Shown: positions 19,451-28,298 of the stretch, piece by piece
How positions within the stretch are numbered: the stretch's first letter is position 1
Layout: every line of letters begins with the position of its first letter
DNA from: Pseudomonadota bacterium
GTDB lineage: Bacteria > Pseudomonadota > Alphaproteobacteria > Acetobacterales > Acetobacteraceae
DNA length: 64,000 nucleotides
Reading direction: 5' to 3'
NCBI GenBank assembly: GCA_023424475.1
Contig: JAFADX010000005.1
Span: 400-64,399, forward strand
Notes under the pieces: model-generated
Database searches by the model: none
Told to the model about the DNA's origin: nothing
What the model saw: the letters and a program-made list of their open reading frames with translations, nothing else
Translations under genes and position numbers: made by a program

Positions 19451-20257
19451 TCAGGGCTCGCCGGTGGTCCCGGTGGCCGCATCGGGCAGGCGGAACAGCG
19501 TGTGGCTGCGCAGGAACTCGCGCGTGCGTTCCTCGCGCGGTGCGAGCAGGACCTCCTGCGGCGTGCCTTGCTCGTGGATCTTGCCGCCTTCGAGGAAGAT
19601 GACGCGGTCCGCGACATTGTAGGCGAAGCCGAGTTCATGCGTGACGACCAGCATGGTCATGCCTTCGTCGCTGAGGCGGCGCATGCTGAGCAGCACCTCT
19701 CCCACCAACTCCGGGTCGAGCGCCGATGTCGCCTCGTCGAACAGCATCATGGAAGGTTCCATCGCCAGGGCGCGGGCGATGGCGACGCGCTGCTGCTGCC
19801 CACCCGACAGGCGCGCGGGATACTCCTCCGCCTTCTCCAGAATGCCAACGCGCCGGAGGTTATCGTGGGCGATGCGGCGCGCCTCGGCCTCGGACAGTCC
19901 GCGCAGCTTCATCGGCCCGATCATCACATTGCCTTCGACCGTCATGTGCGGGAACAGGTTGAACTGCTGGAAGACCATGCCGACGCGGGCACGCAGCGCG
20001 TTCAGCTCGCGGCCGGCATAAGCCATGACGCCCGGCTTGCGCGTCTCCCGCCCGACCGGCCGGCCCTCGACGAAGATCCGGCCTTCGCTCGGCATCTCGA
20101 GGAAGTTGACGCAGCGCAGCAGCGTGCTCTTGCCGGATCCGCTGGCGCCTATGATGACAACCGTCTCCCCCTTGCGGACGGAGAGATCGATGCCCTTCAG
20201 GACATGCAGCGGGCCGAAGCGCTTGTGCAGGTTCTCGACGCGCAGGACCTCATCCAT
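19451..20257 (-). CDS. Polar amino-acid ABC transporter ATP-binding protein
   Basis: Start at MDEVLRVENLHKRFG. Walker A GASGSGKST, signature [15 protein letters not shown], Walker B MMLFDE. Confidence 0.9.
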   Translation of the reverse strand: MDEVLRVENLHKRFGPLHVLKGIDLSVRKGETVVIIGASGSGKSTLLRCVNFLEMPSEGRIFVEGRPVGRETRKPGVMAYAGRELNALRARVGMVFQQFNLFPHMTVEGNVMIGPMKLRGLSEAEARRIAHDNLRRVGILEKAEEYPARLSGGQQQRVAIARALAMEPSMMLFDEATSALDPELVGEVLLSMRRLSDEGMTMLVVTHELGFAYNVADRVIFLEGGKIHEQGTPQEVLLAPREERTREFLRSHTLFRLPDAATGTTGEP

Positions 20258-20915
20258 GTCGCCGCAGCTTCCTCTCGACCAGGCTCGACGCGGCGCTGAC
20301 CAGCGCCAGGACGATGATGAAGAAGACACCAACCGCAGTATAGCTCTCGATCGGCCGGAACTCCTGGTCGCTCAGGAGCTTGGCGGAGTACAGCACCTCG
20401 CCATAGGCGATGGTCGAGGCGATGGCGGTCGTCTTCACCACCTCCATCACCTGGCTGGTCAGGGGCGGCGTGACGATCCGCAGCGCCTGGGGCAGCACGA
20501 CATGGCGCATCTGGCCGAGATAGCCGAAGCCGATGGCGCGCGCAGCCTCCCACTGGCCCTTCTCGATCGACTGGATGCCGCTGCGGAAGATCTCGGTCAT
20601 GTAGGCCCCGGCATAAAGCGAGACCGCGGTGGCAGCGGCCGCGAAGGCGCCGGGCTGTGCACCGATCAGGACCGGCAGGGTGAAGTAGCACCAGAAGATG
20701 AGCACCAGCACGGGAATGTTGCGGAAGAATTCGACATAGCAGGTGCCGATCAGGCGCAGCGCGAAGAAGCGGGACAGCCTGGCCGCGGCGAAGACGAGGC
20801 CGAGCGCCATGCCCGCCAGCACGCAGGCGATGGCGAGCAGGAAGGTTCCCATGATGCCGCGCAGGATGAAGTCGCGCTGGTCGAGCAGGAACGCGAAGTC
20901 CCAGTCGTGCCCCAT
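20250..20915 (-). CDS. Amino-acid ABC transporter permease (HisM/HisQ type)
   Basis: 221 aa. EAA-loop-like IEKGQWEAARAIG. Overlaps the ATPase start. Confidence 0.85.
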   Translation of the reverse strand: MGHDWDFAFLLDQRDFILRGIMGTFLLAIACVLAGMALGLVFAAARLSRFFALRLIGTCYVEFFRNIPVLVLIFWCYFTLPVLIGAQPGAFAAAATAVSLYAGAYMTEIFRSGIQSIEKGQWEAARAIGFGYLGQMRHVVLPQALRIVTPPLTSQVMEVVKTTAIASTIAYGEVLYSAKLLSDQEFRPIESYTAVGVFFIIVLALVSAASSLVERKLRRHG

Positions 20916-20921
20916 CCCGGG

Positions 20922-21587
20922 CTACTCCGGCACCGCGAAGCGTCGCTCCGCGAGGCGGACCAGCCGGCTCGCCGAGAAGATGACGACGAAGAAGAAGAGC
21001 GCGACGACCGTGAAGGTCTCGATCGGGCGGAAGGTCTCGGAAGACGTGCGCTGCGCCATCTGCACCACCTCCGCATAGGAGATGACGGCGGCGAGCGAGG
21101 TCGTCTTGAACAGCTCCGACACACGGGTGAAGAAGACCGGCACCATGCGGCGGACGGCCTGGGGCAGCACGATGTAGCGCAGCGTCGTTCCTGCTCCCAT
21201 GCCGAGCGCCTTCGCCGCTTGCCACTGGCCCGCGTTGATGGACTGGATGCCGCCGCGGAACACCTCGCTCATATACGCGCCGGTCTGCAGGCCGAGGGCG
21301 AGCGATACCGCCGCGAAGGCCGTGAGATCGACACTGACGAGCAGTGGAAAGGCAAAGAAGAACCAGTAGATCAGCACGATGGCGGGTGAGGTGCGGAACA
21401 GGTCGGTGAAGAGCACCGCGAGCCAGGACAGCGCCGGAACACGGGCGAGGCGCAGCAGCGCCACCGCGAGGCCGAGCGGGATGGCGACCAGCAGCGCCAT
21501 CCCCGCCAGGCGAAAGGTGCCCTTGGCGCCTTCGATCAGCAGATCACGGTGGCGAAAGACGGCGCCGAAGTCCCACTCGTACCCCAT
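20922..21587 (-). CDS. Amino-acid ABC transporter permease (HisM/HisQ type)
   Basis: Start at MGYEWDFGAVFRHRDLL. INAGQWQAAKALG loop, 221 aa. Confidence 0.85.
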   Translation of the reverse strand: MGYEWDFGAVFRHRDLLIEGAKGTFRLAGMALLVAIPLGLAVALLRLARVPALSWLAVLFTDLFRTSPAIVLIYWFFFAFPLLVSVDLTAFAAVSLALGLQTGAYMSEVFRGGIQSINAGQWQAAKALGMGAGTTLRYIVLPQAVRRMVPVFFTRVSELFKTTSLAAVISYAEVVQMAQRTSSETFRPIETFTVVALFFFVVIFSASRLVRLAERRFAVPE

Positions 21588-21609
21588 CTCCGCGCTTCGG
21601 TTCCGCCGG

Positions 21610-22485
21610 CTACCAGGCCTCCCGCTGGATGGCGGTGGCGCGCCCGGCCTCGAGCCCACGGAACGCCATGAACTCGTCGTAGATGCCCTGCGTGATGCCG
21701 CTATTGTAATAGTAGGCGAGGACGGTCGTGAGGTAGTTCGCCCAGCGGTTGTCCTGTTCCTTGCGCACGCCGGCGCCGGCCGGCACGGCCACGACCGGGC
21801 GCGGGATCAGGTTCTTCCCCCGACGCAGGCGGGCGATGGCGAGATCGACGGTCGGCCCTGTGGTGAAGGCGGCGTCGATACGGTTGGACTGCCAGGAGGC
21901 GAGCAGCTCGCCGGTCGTCGGGTAGCGCTGGATGTTCGCGCGGGGGGAGAGGCGCGTCAGCGTCTGGTCGGTCGAGGAACCGAGCGCCACGCCGCAGCGT
22001 GCCGACGGATCGTTGAGTTGCGCCCAGGTCGTCGGTGCGAAGTCGTCCTTCACCAGGGCCGCGATGGGATACCAGAGCACCGGCGTCGGCACGAAGTTGA
22101 TGGCCAGCGCCCGCTCGGGCGTCGGGTCCAGGATGAACATGGTGTCGATCTGGTTGGCCTGCAGCGCGGCGACGGCATTGCCCCAGGTGGTTTCCACGAG
22201 ATCGAGCTGCACGTTCATCGCCTTGGCGATCTCCTCGCCGAGCCGGGGCCCGATGCCGCGCCATACGGCGTCGCCGACGCGCACCGCACCCGGCGCGGTG
22301 CTGTTGGAGGTGTCGCGGAAGTACCAAGGCTCCGAGAGCGCCGCGCCGACACGCAGCCGTCGCGTCTGCATGATCTGGTCCCAGGTGGAACCCGCCGGCT
22401 GGGCACGCGCGGCGCGCATGCCGAGCAAGGCACTGCCGGCAGCGGCAAGGGCGGGGAACACCCGGCGGGTGATGATCGGATTCAT
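21610..22485 (-). CDS. Amino-acid ABC transporter substrate-binding protein (family 3)
   Basis: Start at MNPIITRRVFPALAAAGSALLG (signal peptide); an alternative start is at 22509. First gene of the SBP-permease-permease-ATPase-oxidoreductase-oxidoreductase operon. Confidence 0.8.
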   Translation of the reverse strand: MNPIITRRVFPALAAAGSALLGMRAARAQPAGSTWDQIMQTRRLRVGAALSEPWYFRDTSNSTAPGAVRVGDAVWRGIGPRLGEEIAKAMNVQLDLVETTWGNAVAALQANQIDTMFILDPTPERALAINFVPTPVLWYPIAALVKDDFAPTTWAQLNDPSARCGVALGSSTDQTLTRLSPRANIQRYPTTGELLASWQSNRIDAAFTTGPTVDLAIARLRRGKNLIPRPVVAVPAGAGVRKEQDNRWANYLTTVLAYYYNSGITQGIYDEFMAFRGLEAGRATAIQREAW

Positions 22486-22840
22486 CCTTCGCGCCTCCAC
22501 GATCTGCATCCCGCGGCCGCTGCCGCATGGTTGTGATGGAGCGGGAGAGGACAACGCCATCGCGCCGCCGTGCGCCCGCTCGGTGAAGCTGTTGCTGTCT
22601 CCCTGAACGGACGGTAGCCGCACGCGGACGGCCCCGCCTATCCCCATTCTGGCATCCATCCGATGGAGCCGTTGTAGCCGGATCAGGCGCCGGTGATGCG
22701 GCCTCGGAGCAAGGCAAGGAGAAACCGTCGTTTGAGCGGCGCTGCGCCATGCGCGGTATGACCCACAATCATACTGCTGGTGACCAGAAGTCAGTTCCAG
22801 GCCCATTGCACGGCAGCGACGGAGCAGTCCGCACGGGCAG

Positions 22841-22931
22841 CTGGAGCTCTTTTCGATCAGACGGCACCGGCCCGCAGAAACAACAGGATGGAGACGTTGC
22901 CGTGAGCCAGGGCGAACGGGAACGGCTCTAG
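22841..22931 (+). mobile_element. Chimeric MITE-like element: end of family B (inverted) fused to the right half of family A
   Basis: CTGGAGCTCTTTTCGATCAGACGGCACCGGCCCGC matches the B end as seen at 62611-62645. AGAAACAACAGGATGGAGACGTTGCCGTGAGCCAGGGCGAACGGGAACGGCTCTAG matches the A right half (39745-39802). The junction lies at the shared CGCA. Confidence 0.6.
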
Positions 22932-22985
22932 GGTTCAGCCGATGCCTCGCGCTCCGGCGGCGCTATCGCAGGTGGCTCGCGCCCT

Positions 22986-23741
22986 TCAGGGCCTTCGGAC
23001 CGACAGAGCGAAGCGCGTCGGGGCCAGGAGGCGCAGCCTCTCAGCGATGGAAGCGCCATGCAGCCCGCGCAAATAGACGGCGCTCACGCCATGGCTCCGC
23101 GGATCGTCAAAACCGGCGTGCAGGAGGTCCGCGGTCAGGCGCCGGCGTGTCAGCCCGCTACCGTAGGGCACGCGCGCCAGGATATTCCTGTGTACGGCGC
23201 CATCCGCCGATGCCGGCGGCTCGCTGCCGAGTAGTGCCGCGACCCTGCGCAGCACCTTGCCGCGCAGCCCTTCCCGCACCCAGTCGCCGTCGACCACCAG
23301 CAACCGCGCACCGGGCTTCATGACCTTGAACCATGCCGCGAAGGCGGCCATCGGGTCCGTCAGGGTCCAGACCAGATGGCGTGTGACTGCGCCATCGAAC
23401 TGTGCCTCCGGCAGGCCCGCCAGGGTCTCGGCGTCGGTCAGCCGGCCCTGCCATGGCAATCCGCGGAGCTTCGCGTGCGCGCGGCCCATCATGGATTCGG
23501 AGAAGTCTATTCCGGTCACGCTGGCGCCAAGGCCGACCAATGCACGGCTCACCTCCCCCGTGCCGCAGGCGAGGTCGAGCACCTGGCGCCCGTCCAGCGG
23601 CCCGAGCCCCGCCGTGATCAGGCCCTGCCAGGCAGCCATGTCGGCATCGCCGATCCTGTGGCCCGGCGAGCTGTCAAAGCCTGCGGCCCGGCCGGACCAG
23701 TAGTCGCGGATCTCTTCCTTCAGGTCGTAGTTCGCGCTCAC
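22986..23741 (-). CDS. Class I SAM-dependent methyltransferase
   Basis: GTG start at 23741 overlapping the ATPase stop (GTGA). VLDLACGTGEVS motif I and LLVVDGDW post-II region, 251 aa. Confidence 0.75.
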   Translation of the reverse strand: MSANYDLKEEIRDYWSGRAAGFDSSPGHRIGDADMAAWQGLITAGLGPLDGRQVLDLACGTGEVSRALVGLGASVTGIDFSESMMGRAHAKLRGLPWQGRLTDAETLAGLPEAQFDGAVTRHLVWTLTDPMAAFAAWFKVMKPGARLLVVDGDWVREGLRGKVLRRVAALLGSEPPASADGAVHRNILARVPYGSGLTRRRLTADLLHAGFDDPRSHGVSAVYLRGLHGASIAERLRLLAPTRFALSVRRP

Positions 23742-24511
23742 GGCAGGGCCGCGTCGATCATCAGCGTGCCGCGCCGCGAGGTCTCGGCAACGAGATCCAC
23801 GCCATAGGTCCGGCCGCAGACGGGGTCCGCGAAGACCTCGGCCGGCGGCCCATCCGCGACCACCGCGCCATGGTCCATCAGCAGCACGCGGTCGGCATGG
23901 CGCGCGGCCAAGGACAGGTCGTGCAGCGCCACCACGGCGATATGCCCATCGGCGGCCGCGATCGCGCGCAGCAGGGCCAGCGCCTCGAGCTGGTGGCGCA
24001 GGTCGAGCGCGCTGGTCGGCTCGTCGAGGAGCAGCACGGGCGCCGGCTGCACCAGCCCCTGCGCCAGCGCGACGAGCTGCTGCTGGCCGCCGCTGAGGTC
24101 GCAGATCATCCTCTGCGCCAGATGGGCGACCCGCGTCCGGGCCAGGATGGCCTCGACCCGCGCGGCCACGGCCGCCCCGCCGCCGGCTGCGCCGGCCGTG
24201 CGCGCGGCGACCAGCACGGCGTCGAACACCGTCAGCCGTGCCGCGGCCGCATAGACCTGGGGAACGTAGCGCACGAAGCGGGTCCGCTCCGCGAGCTTCA
24301 TCCCCTCGATCGCCCGGCCGTCGAGCAGGATGCGGCCGGCCTCCGGCCGCTTCAGCCCGGCGACGCTGCGCAGCAGCGTCGACTTGCCCGACGCGTTCGG
24401 CCCGAGCAGCGCCGTGACGGTGCCGGGCCGCAGCGCCGGCACGCTGACGCCGCGCAGCACCGGGTGCCGCCCATAGGCGACGCGCAGCCCTTCGATGGCG
24501 AGGCCGGTCAC
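23738..24511 (-). CDS. Iron-siderophore/cobalamin-type ABC transporter ATP-binding protein (FecE/BtuD-like)
   Basis: GTG start at 24511 overlapping the permease stop (GTGA). Walker [31 protein letters not shown]. Confidence 0.85.
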   Translation of the reverse strand: MTGLAIEGLRVAYGRHPVLRGVSVPALRPGTVTALLGPNASGKSTLLRSVAGLKRPEAGRILLDGRAIEGMKLAERTRFVRYVPQVYAAAARLTVFDAVLVAARTAGAAGGGAAVAARVEAILARTRVAHLAQRMICDLSGGQQQLVALAQGLVQPAPVLLLDEPTSALDLRHQLEALALLRAIAAADGHIAVVALHDLSLAARHADRVLLMDHGAVVADGPPAEVFADPVCGRTYGVDLVAETSRRGTLMIDAALP

Positions 24512-25578
24512 CGGGCCGGGCTCCTGCGGGCCATGACGAGGGAGAAGAAGAAGGGCACGCCCACCAGCGCCGTGATGATGCCGATCGGATAGATGATCCC
24601 CGGCGAGAGCGCCTTCGAGACGATGGAGGTCGCCGAGAGCATCGCCGCGCCCGACAGCATCGCCATCGGCGCGAACCAGCGCTGGTCCTCGCCCACCAGC
24701 AGCCGCGCCACATGCGGGCCGACCAGGCCCACGAAGCCGACCACGCCGACGAAGGACACCGCGGTCGCCGAGAGCAGGGCGACGATCACCAGCACCTCGA
24801 GCCGCAGCCGGCGCGGATCGACGCCGAGGCTCGCCGCCCGGTCGTCCCCGAAGCGCATCGCCGTCAGCGCCCAGCGCCGCCGCCACAGCAGCAGCCCGGC
24901 CATCGCGAGCACGCCCGCCGCGATGCCGATCTTCCCGAGGCTCGCGCGCTGCAGCGAGCCCATCATCCAGAAGACGATCTGCACGAGCTGCGTTTCCGAC
25001 GCGCGGTACTGCAGCAGGGCGAGCAGCGCGTTGAAGGTGAACATCAGCGCGATGCCGAAGAGGATCATCGTCTCGGAGGTCGCGCCGCGCGCGAGGGTGA
25101 AGACATGCACCAGCATCGCGGCACCGAAGGCGAAGGCGAAGGCATTGACCGTGACAAGCATCGGCCCCGCCGCCGGCAGCACCGAGAGCCCGGTGACGAT
25201 CGCGACCGAGGCGCCCACCCCTGCGGCCGAGGACAACCCGAGCGTGAAGGGGTCGGCGAGCGGGTTGTCGAGGATGGTCTGCATCTCCGCGCCTGCCAGC
25301 CCCAGCATGCCGCCCACCACGACGGCGAGCAGCGCGACCGGCAGCCGGATGTCCCACGCGATCACCGCCAGGCGCGGCGAAGCCGCCGCGGGGTCGAGCA
25401 GTGCCGCGAAGATGTCGCGATACGACAGCGCCCCCGGCCCGGTGCCGAGGTCGACCAGGAAGAGCAGCGCCACCGCGATCCCGGCGGCGGCAAGCAGCGC
25501 GCTGCGGCGCAGCGCGATCCGGCCCGCGCCGCGGCTTGCCTCGCCCGCCGGCACGAGAACCGGCGAGGCCGCGCTCAT
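24508..25578 (-). CDS. FecCD-family ABC transporter permease
   Basis: Start at MSAASPVLV overlapping the SBP stop (ATGA). GMLGLAGAEMQTILDNPLADPFTLGLSSAA and GIITALVGVPFF motifs typical of FecCD/BtuC. Confidence 0.85.
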   Translation of the reverse strand: MSAASPVLVPAGEASRGAGRIALRRSALLAAAGIAVALLFLVDLGTGPGALSYRDIFAALLDPAAASPRLAVIAWDIRLPVALLAVVVGGMLGLAGAEMQTILDNPLADPFTLGLSSAAGVGASVAIVTGLSVLPAAGPMLVTVNAFAFAFGAAMLVHVFTLARGATSETMILFGIALMFTFNALLALLQYRASETQLVQIVFWMMGSLQRASLGKIGIAAGVLAMAGLLLWRRRWALTAMRFGDDRAASLGVDPRRLRLEVLVIVALLSATAVSFVGVVGFVGLVGPHVARLLVGEDQRWFAPMAMLSGAAMLSATSIVSKALSPGIIYPIGIITALVGVPFFFSLVMARRSPAR

Positions 25579-26732
25579 GCGAGCTGCGCCCAGAACACGC
25601 CGGTCAGCGGAATGGGCGAGAAGCGTTCGTGATAGGCGCGCCAGGTCGCGTCGGGATCCAGCCCCTCGAAAGTGGTCGGATAGAGCCACTTCGCGAAGAC
25701 CTGCAGCGCCACGAGGTGGGCCGGGCTCGTGTAGAACTGGTGGTAGATCGAATAGAAGCGCTTCGACTTCACCGCGCGCAGTGAGGGCCAGCCGGGCCGT
25801 TCCGCCAGGGCCCGCAGGGCAGCCTGGACGCGCTCCGGCGTCGCCTCGTAGCCGAAGGGCACGCCGCGGGATCCCGGCGTGCTCTCGGACCAGTCGGCGC
25901 CGGTGCCGATGATGACCTCGGGGTCCTCGGTGAAGATCGTCTCGGGGTTCACCGTGCCGCCCAGGCCCGGAAAGCGTCCCGACCCCCAGTTGATGCCTCC
26001 GGCCTCCTGCAGCGTCACGCCGAGATTGGCGTTGCCGAAGGTCATGCAGCAGGTGTTCGGATCGAAGCCGCCGGCGCGCTCGATGAAGACGGTGGTGCGG
26101 CGGGCGGGCGGCAGGTTCCACACGCGCGAGGAGACGCGCCGCGTCTCCCGCAGGTAGAAATCGTTGAAGGCGCGCGCCTCGGCGTCGAGGCCGAGCAGGC
26201 GGCCGAGCACCTCGATGCTCGGCACCGTGTTCTGCGAGGCCTGCTCGCGGAAGTCCACCACGGCGGTGGCGATGCCGGCGCGGGCGAGCTTGTCGTAGGT
26301 GCCCGTCGCTTCCATGCGCTGGTGCGCCGAGAGCGGGAAGACAACCAGGTCCGGATCGAGGGCGATCGCCTGCTCGGTGCTGAAATCCGCGTTCACGGCG
26401 GAGGAGAAGCGGGTGATCCGCTCCGCCTGCGGGAAGGCCGCGCGGTATTTCCGCCAGGAGCCGGGATCGTACAGGATCATGTCATCGGCCCAGCCCGCGA
26501 TGCGCTCGAAGGGCGCGCGCGGAACCAGGGTGCTGAAGCCGTACATCAGCCGGCCCTCGCCGAGGATCACCTTCCGCGCCGGCGCGCGCAGGGTGACGGT
26601 GCGCCCCGCGAGGTCGGCCGCGGTAATGGCTTCGGCCCCGAGGGAGGGACGCGGGAGGGCAGCAAGCCCGCCCAGCGCCAGGCCAGACAGGAGCAGACGC
26701 CGCCGAGTCGGCCGAGCGCGGTACTGCGGCAT
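25575..26732 (-). CDS. Periplasmic binding protein (type 2, siderophore/cobalamin-like) with Tat-type signal
   Basis: Start at MPQYRARPTRRRLLLSGLALGGLAAL. 385 aa. Leads the SBP-permease-ATPase-methyltransferase operon. Confidence 0.75.
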   Translation of the reverse strand: MPQYRARPTRRRLLLSGLALGGLAALPRPSLGAEAITAADLAGRTVTLRAPARKVILGEGRLMYGFSTLVPRAPFERIAGWADDMILYDPGSWRKYRAAFPQAERITRFSSAVNADFSTEQAIALDPDLVVFPLSAHQRMEATGTYDKLARAGIATAVVDFREQASQNTVPSIEVLGRLLGLDAEARAFNDFYLRETRRVSSRVWNLPPARRTTVFIERAGGFDPNTCCMTFGNANLGVTLQEAGGINWGSGRFPGLGGTVNPETIFTEDPEVIIGTGADWSESTPGSRGVPFGYEATPERVQAALRALAERPGWPSLRAVKSKRFYSIYHQFYTSPAHLVALQVFAKWLYPTTFEGLDPDATWRAYHERFSPIPLTGVFWAQLA

Positions 26733-26778
26733 GCGGTTTTTCCTCGTGAGGTCCACCGAAGGGCCAGGGGTGGCACGA

Positions 26779-26805
26779 CAAATTGCAAGGGATTCGCATT
26801 ATCAG
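26779..26805 (-). promoter_or_regulatory. Fur-box-like AT-rich site upstream of the siderophore-type importer operon
   Basis: The reverse strand reads GATAATGCGAATCCCTTGC. By my count this matches 13 of 19 positions of the classical GATAATGATAATCATTATC. It lies about 45-70 nt upstream of the start at 26732 in a local low-GC patch. Confidence 0.3.
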
Positions 26806-26922
26806 CCGCGGTTTGGCGCGGTCAAGTCGGCTCGCCGGTCCTCTTGGCCCTGTCGGCCGGCTCACGACACCGGAAGGCGCAACCTGCCGACGGCTGCCGG
26901 GCGGCCTCGAGCGCGGATTGCA

Positions 26923-27720
26923 TCACGGCACCTGCAGGTCGGGCAGGTGATACCGGTCCTCCGGATCGTTCCATCCCTTGAAGCGTGGCGCCCTCTTTTC
27001 GGCAAAGGCGGCCCGGCTCTCCATGAGATCGCTCTTTGCGCCATGCTCATGCAGCGCCGCCGCGAGATCCCGTTGCGCTTTGGTTGGCGCCGGTCGCATG
27101 CGGCGCATCATGTGCACGGTGTTGACACGAGAGGCCGGCGGCAATGTCAGGAGATGGTTCGCCATCTCAATGGCTGTCGGCACAACCTGTTCCGGTTCGG
27201 TCAACCGGTTGAGAAAGCCCAGCTGATGGAAGCGTTCCGCCGTGAAGCGGAAGCCCAGCGCCATCTCCATCGCCACCGGGAATGGCAGGTTGGCCAGGTG
27301 GCCATGGTTGTAGCCCCCGAGCAGCCAGCGCTTCGCTTCCGACACCTCGAAGATGGCGGTCGTGGCGGCAACGCGGAGATCGGTCCGCTCGACCAGCATA
27401 AAGCCTCCGCCCATCGCGAAACCATTGACGGCCGCGATGACGGGCTTCTCAAGCGCGCCGGTGGCGAAGGGGTCCTCGATGTCGAGCTTCCTCCCGCCAG
27501 GGGTCTTGTCCGCCAGTGTCTCCTTCATGTCCTCGCCGGCGCAGAATGCGCGGCCCGTGCCGGTCAGTACTGCGACCTCGAGGTCCGGATCGCAGCGGAA
27601 CGAGGTCCAGGTCTCCGCCAGCGCGGTCCGCAGCTCCTGGTTGAGCGCGTTGAGGCGCTCTGGCCTGTTCATGCGCACCACGAGGACTTGGCCGTGACGT
27701 TCGGTTTCGACAACCGCCAT
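26923..27720 (-). CDS. Enoyl-CoA hydratase/isomerase (crotonase) family protein
   Basis: Start at MAVVETERHGQVLVVRMNRPERLNAL. FCAGEDM and AAVNGFAMGGG oxyanion-hole motifs. Confidence 0.85.
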   Translation of the reverse strand: MAVVETERHGQVLVVRMNRPERLNALNQELRTALAETWTSFRCDPDLEVAVLTGTGRAFCAGEDMKETLADKTPGGRKLDIEDPFATGALEKPVIAAVNGFAMGGGFMLVERTDLRVAATTAIFEVSEAKRWLLGGYNHGHLANLPFPVAMEMALGFRFTAERFHQLGFLNRLTEPEQVVPTAIEMANHLLTLPPASRVNTVHMMRRMRPAPTKAQRDLAAALHEHGAKSDLMESRAAFAEKRAPRFKGWNDPEDRYHLPDLQVP

Positions 27721-27802
27721 GATCGATCCCTCCGGGTTTGCGCTCAACATCCAGCCTGGATCGGCTTTGTCCAGTCCGGGCTCGCCGCCGGCAGGCAGGG
27801 AG

Positions 27803-28112
27803 CCTCGCGCCACGGCGCAGACTGGAAGACCCAGGTCCTGGGATCGTTCGGGTCCTGCTCCCACCGCTCCGCGAGGCCCGGCCGCAGGCCGGCCGGCTTC
27901 GAGGGATCCGACAGGTCCCACAGCACCATCGCCTCGAACACCGGGTAGCCGGGGAAGCGCATGCCCGTCGTGGTGGGCACGTCGGACGCCGTCATGGCAA
28001 TGCGGAGGGTGCGCGGCTCTGGGCCTGCACGCTGCCGGCCGCGGCCATGAAGGCCGCGCCCAAGGCAAAGGCGGATAGCCGCCGGAACCTGCTCGTTCTG
28101 TGGTCTTCCCAT
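27803..28112 (-). pseudogene. Remnant of a family-5 (peptide/nickel/opine-type) ABC substrate-binding protein: frameshifted and 3' truncated
   Basis: ATG at 28112. The signal peptide [27 protein letters not shown] is in one frame and the mature start [63 protein letters not shown] is in another. Similarity stops near 27803, and only about 100 of the expected 500 or so codons remain. Confidence 0.6.
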
Positions 28113-28298
28113 CGTGGGAGCGGCGTGGCGGCTGCGATCCCGGCAGGTGTCGGCAGGAACAGCGCCCCGGCCGCCATGCGGCGACCGGCCGGTGCACACC
28201 GGGGCCGCGCCGGGCGACCGCAACAGGTCTGTCACGCGTCCTTCATCGTGGAGTCTCGGCCCGCTGCTACTGCGCCGCGGCAGGGAGACCCTGAAGCC

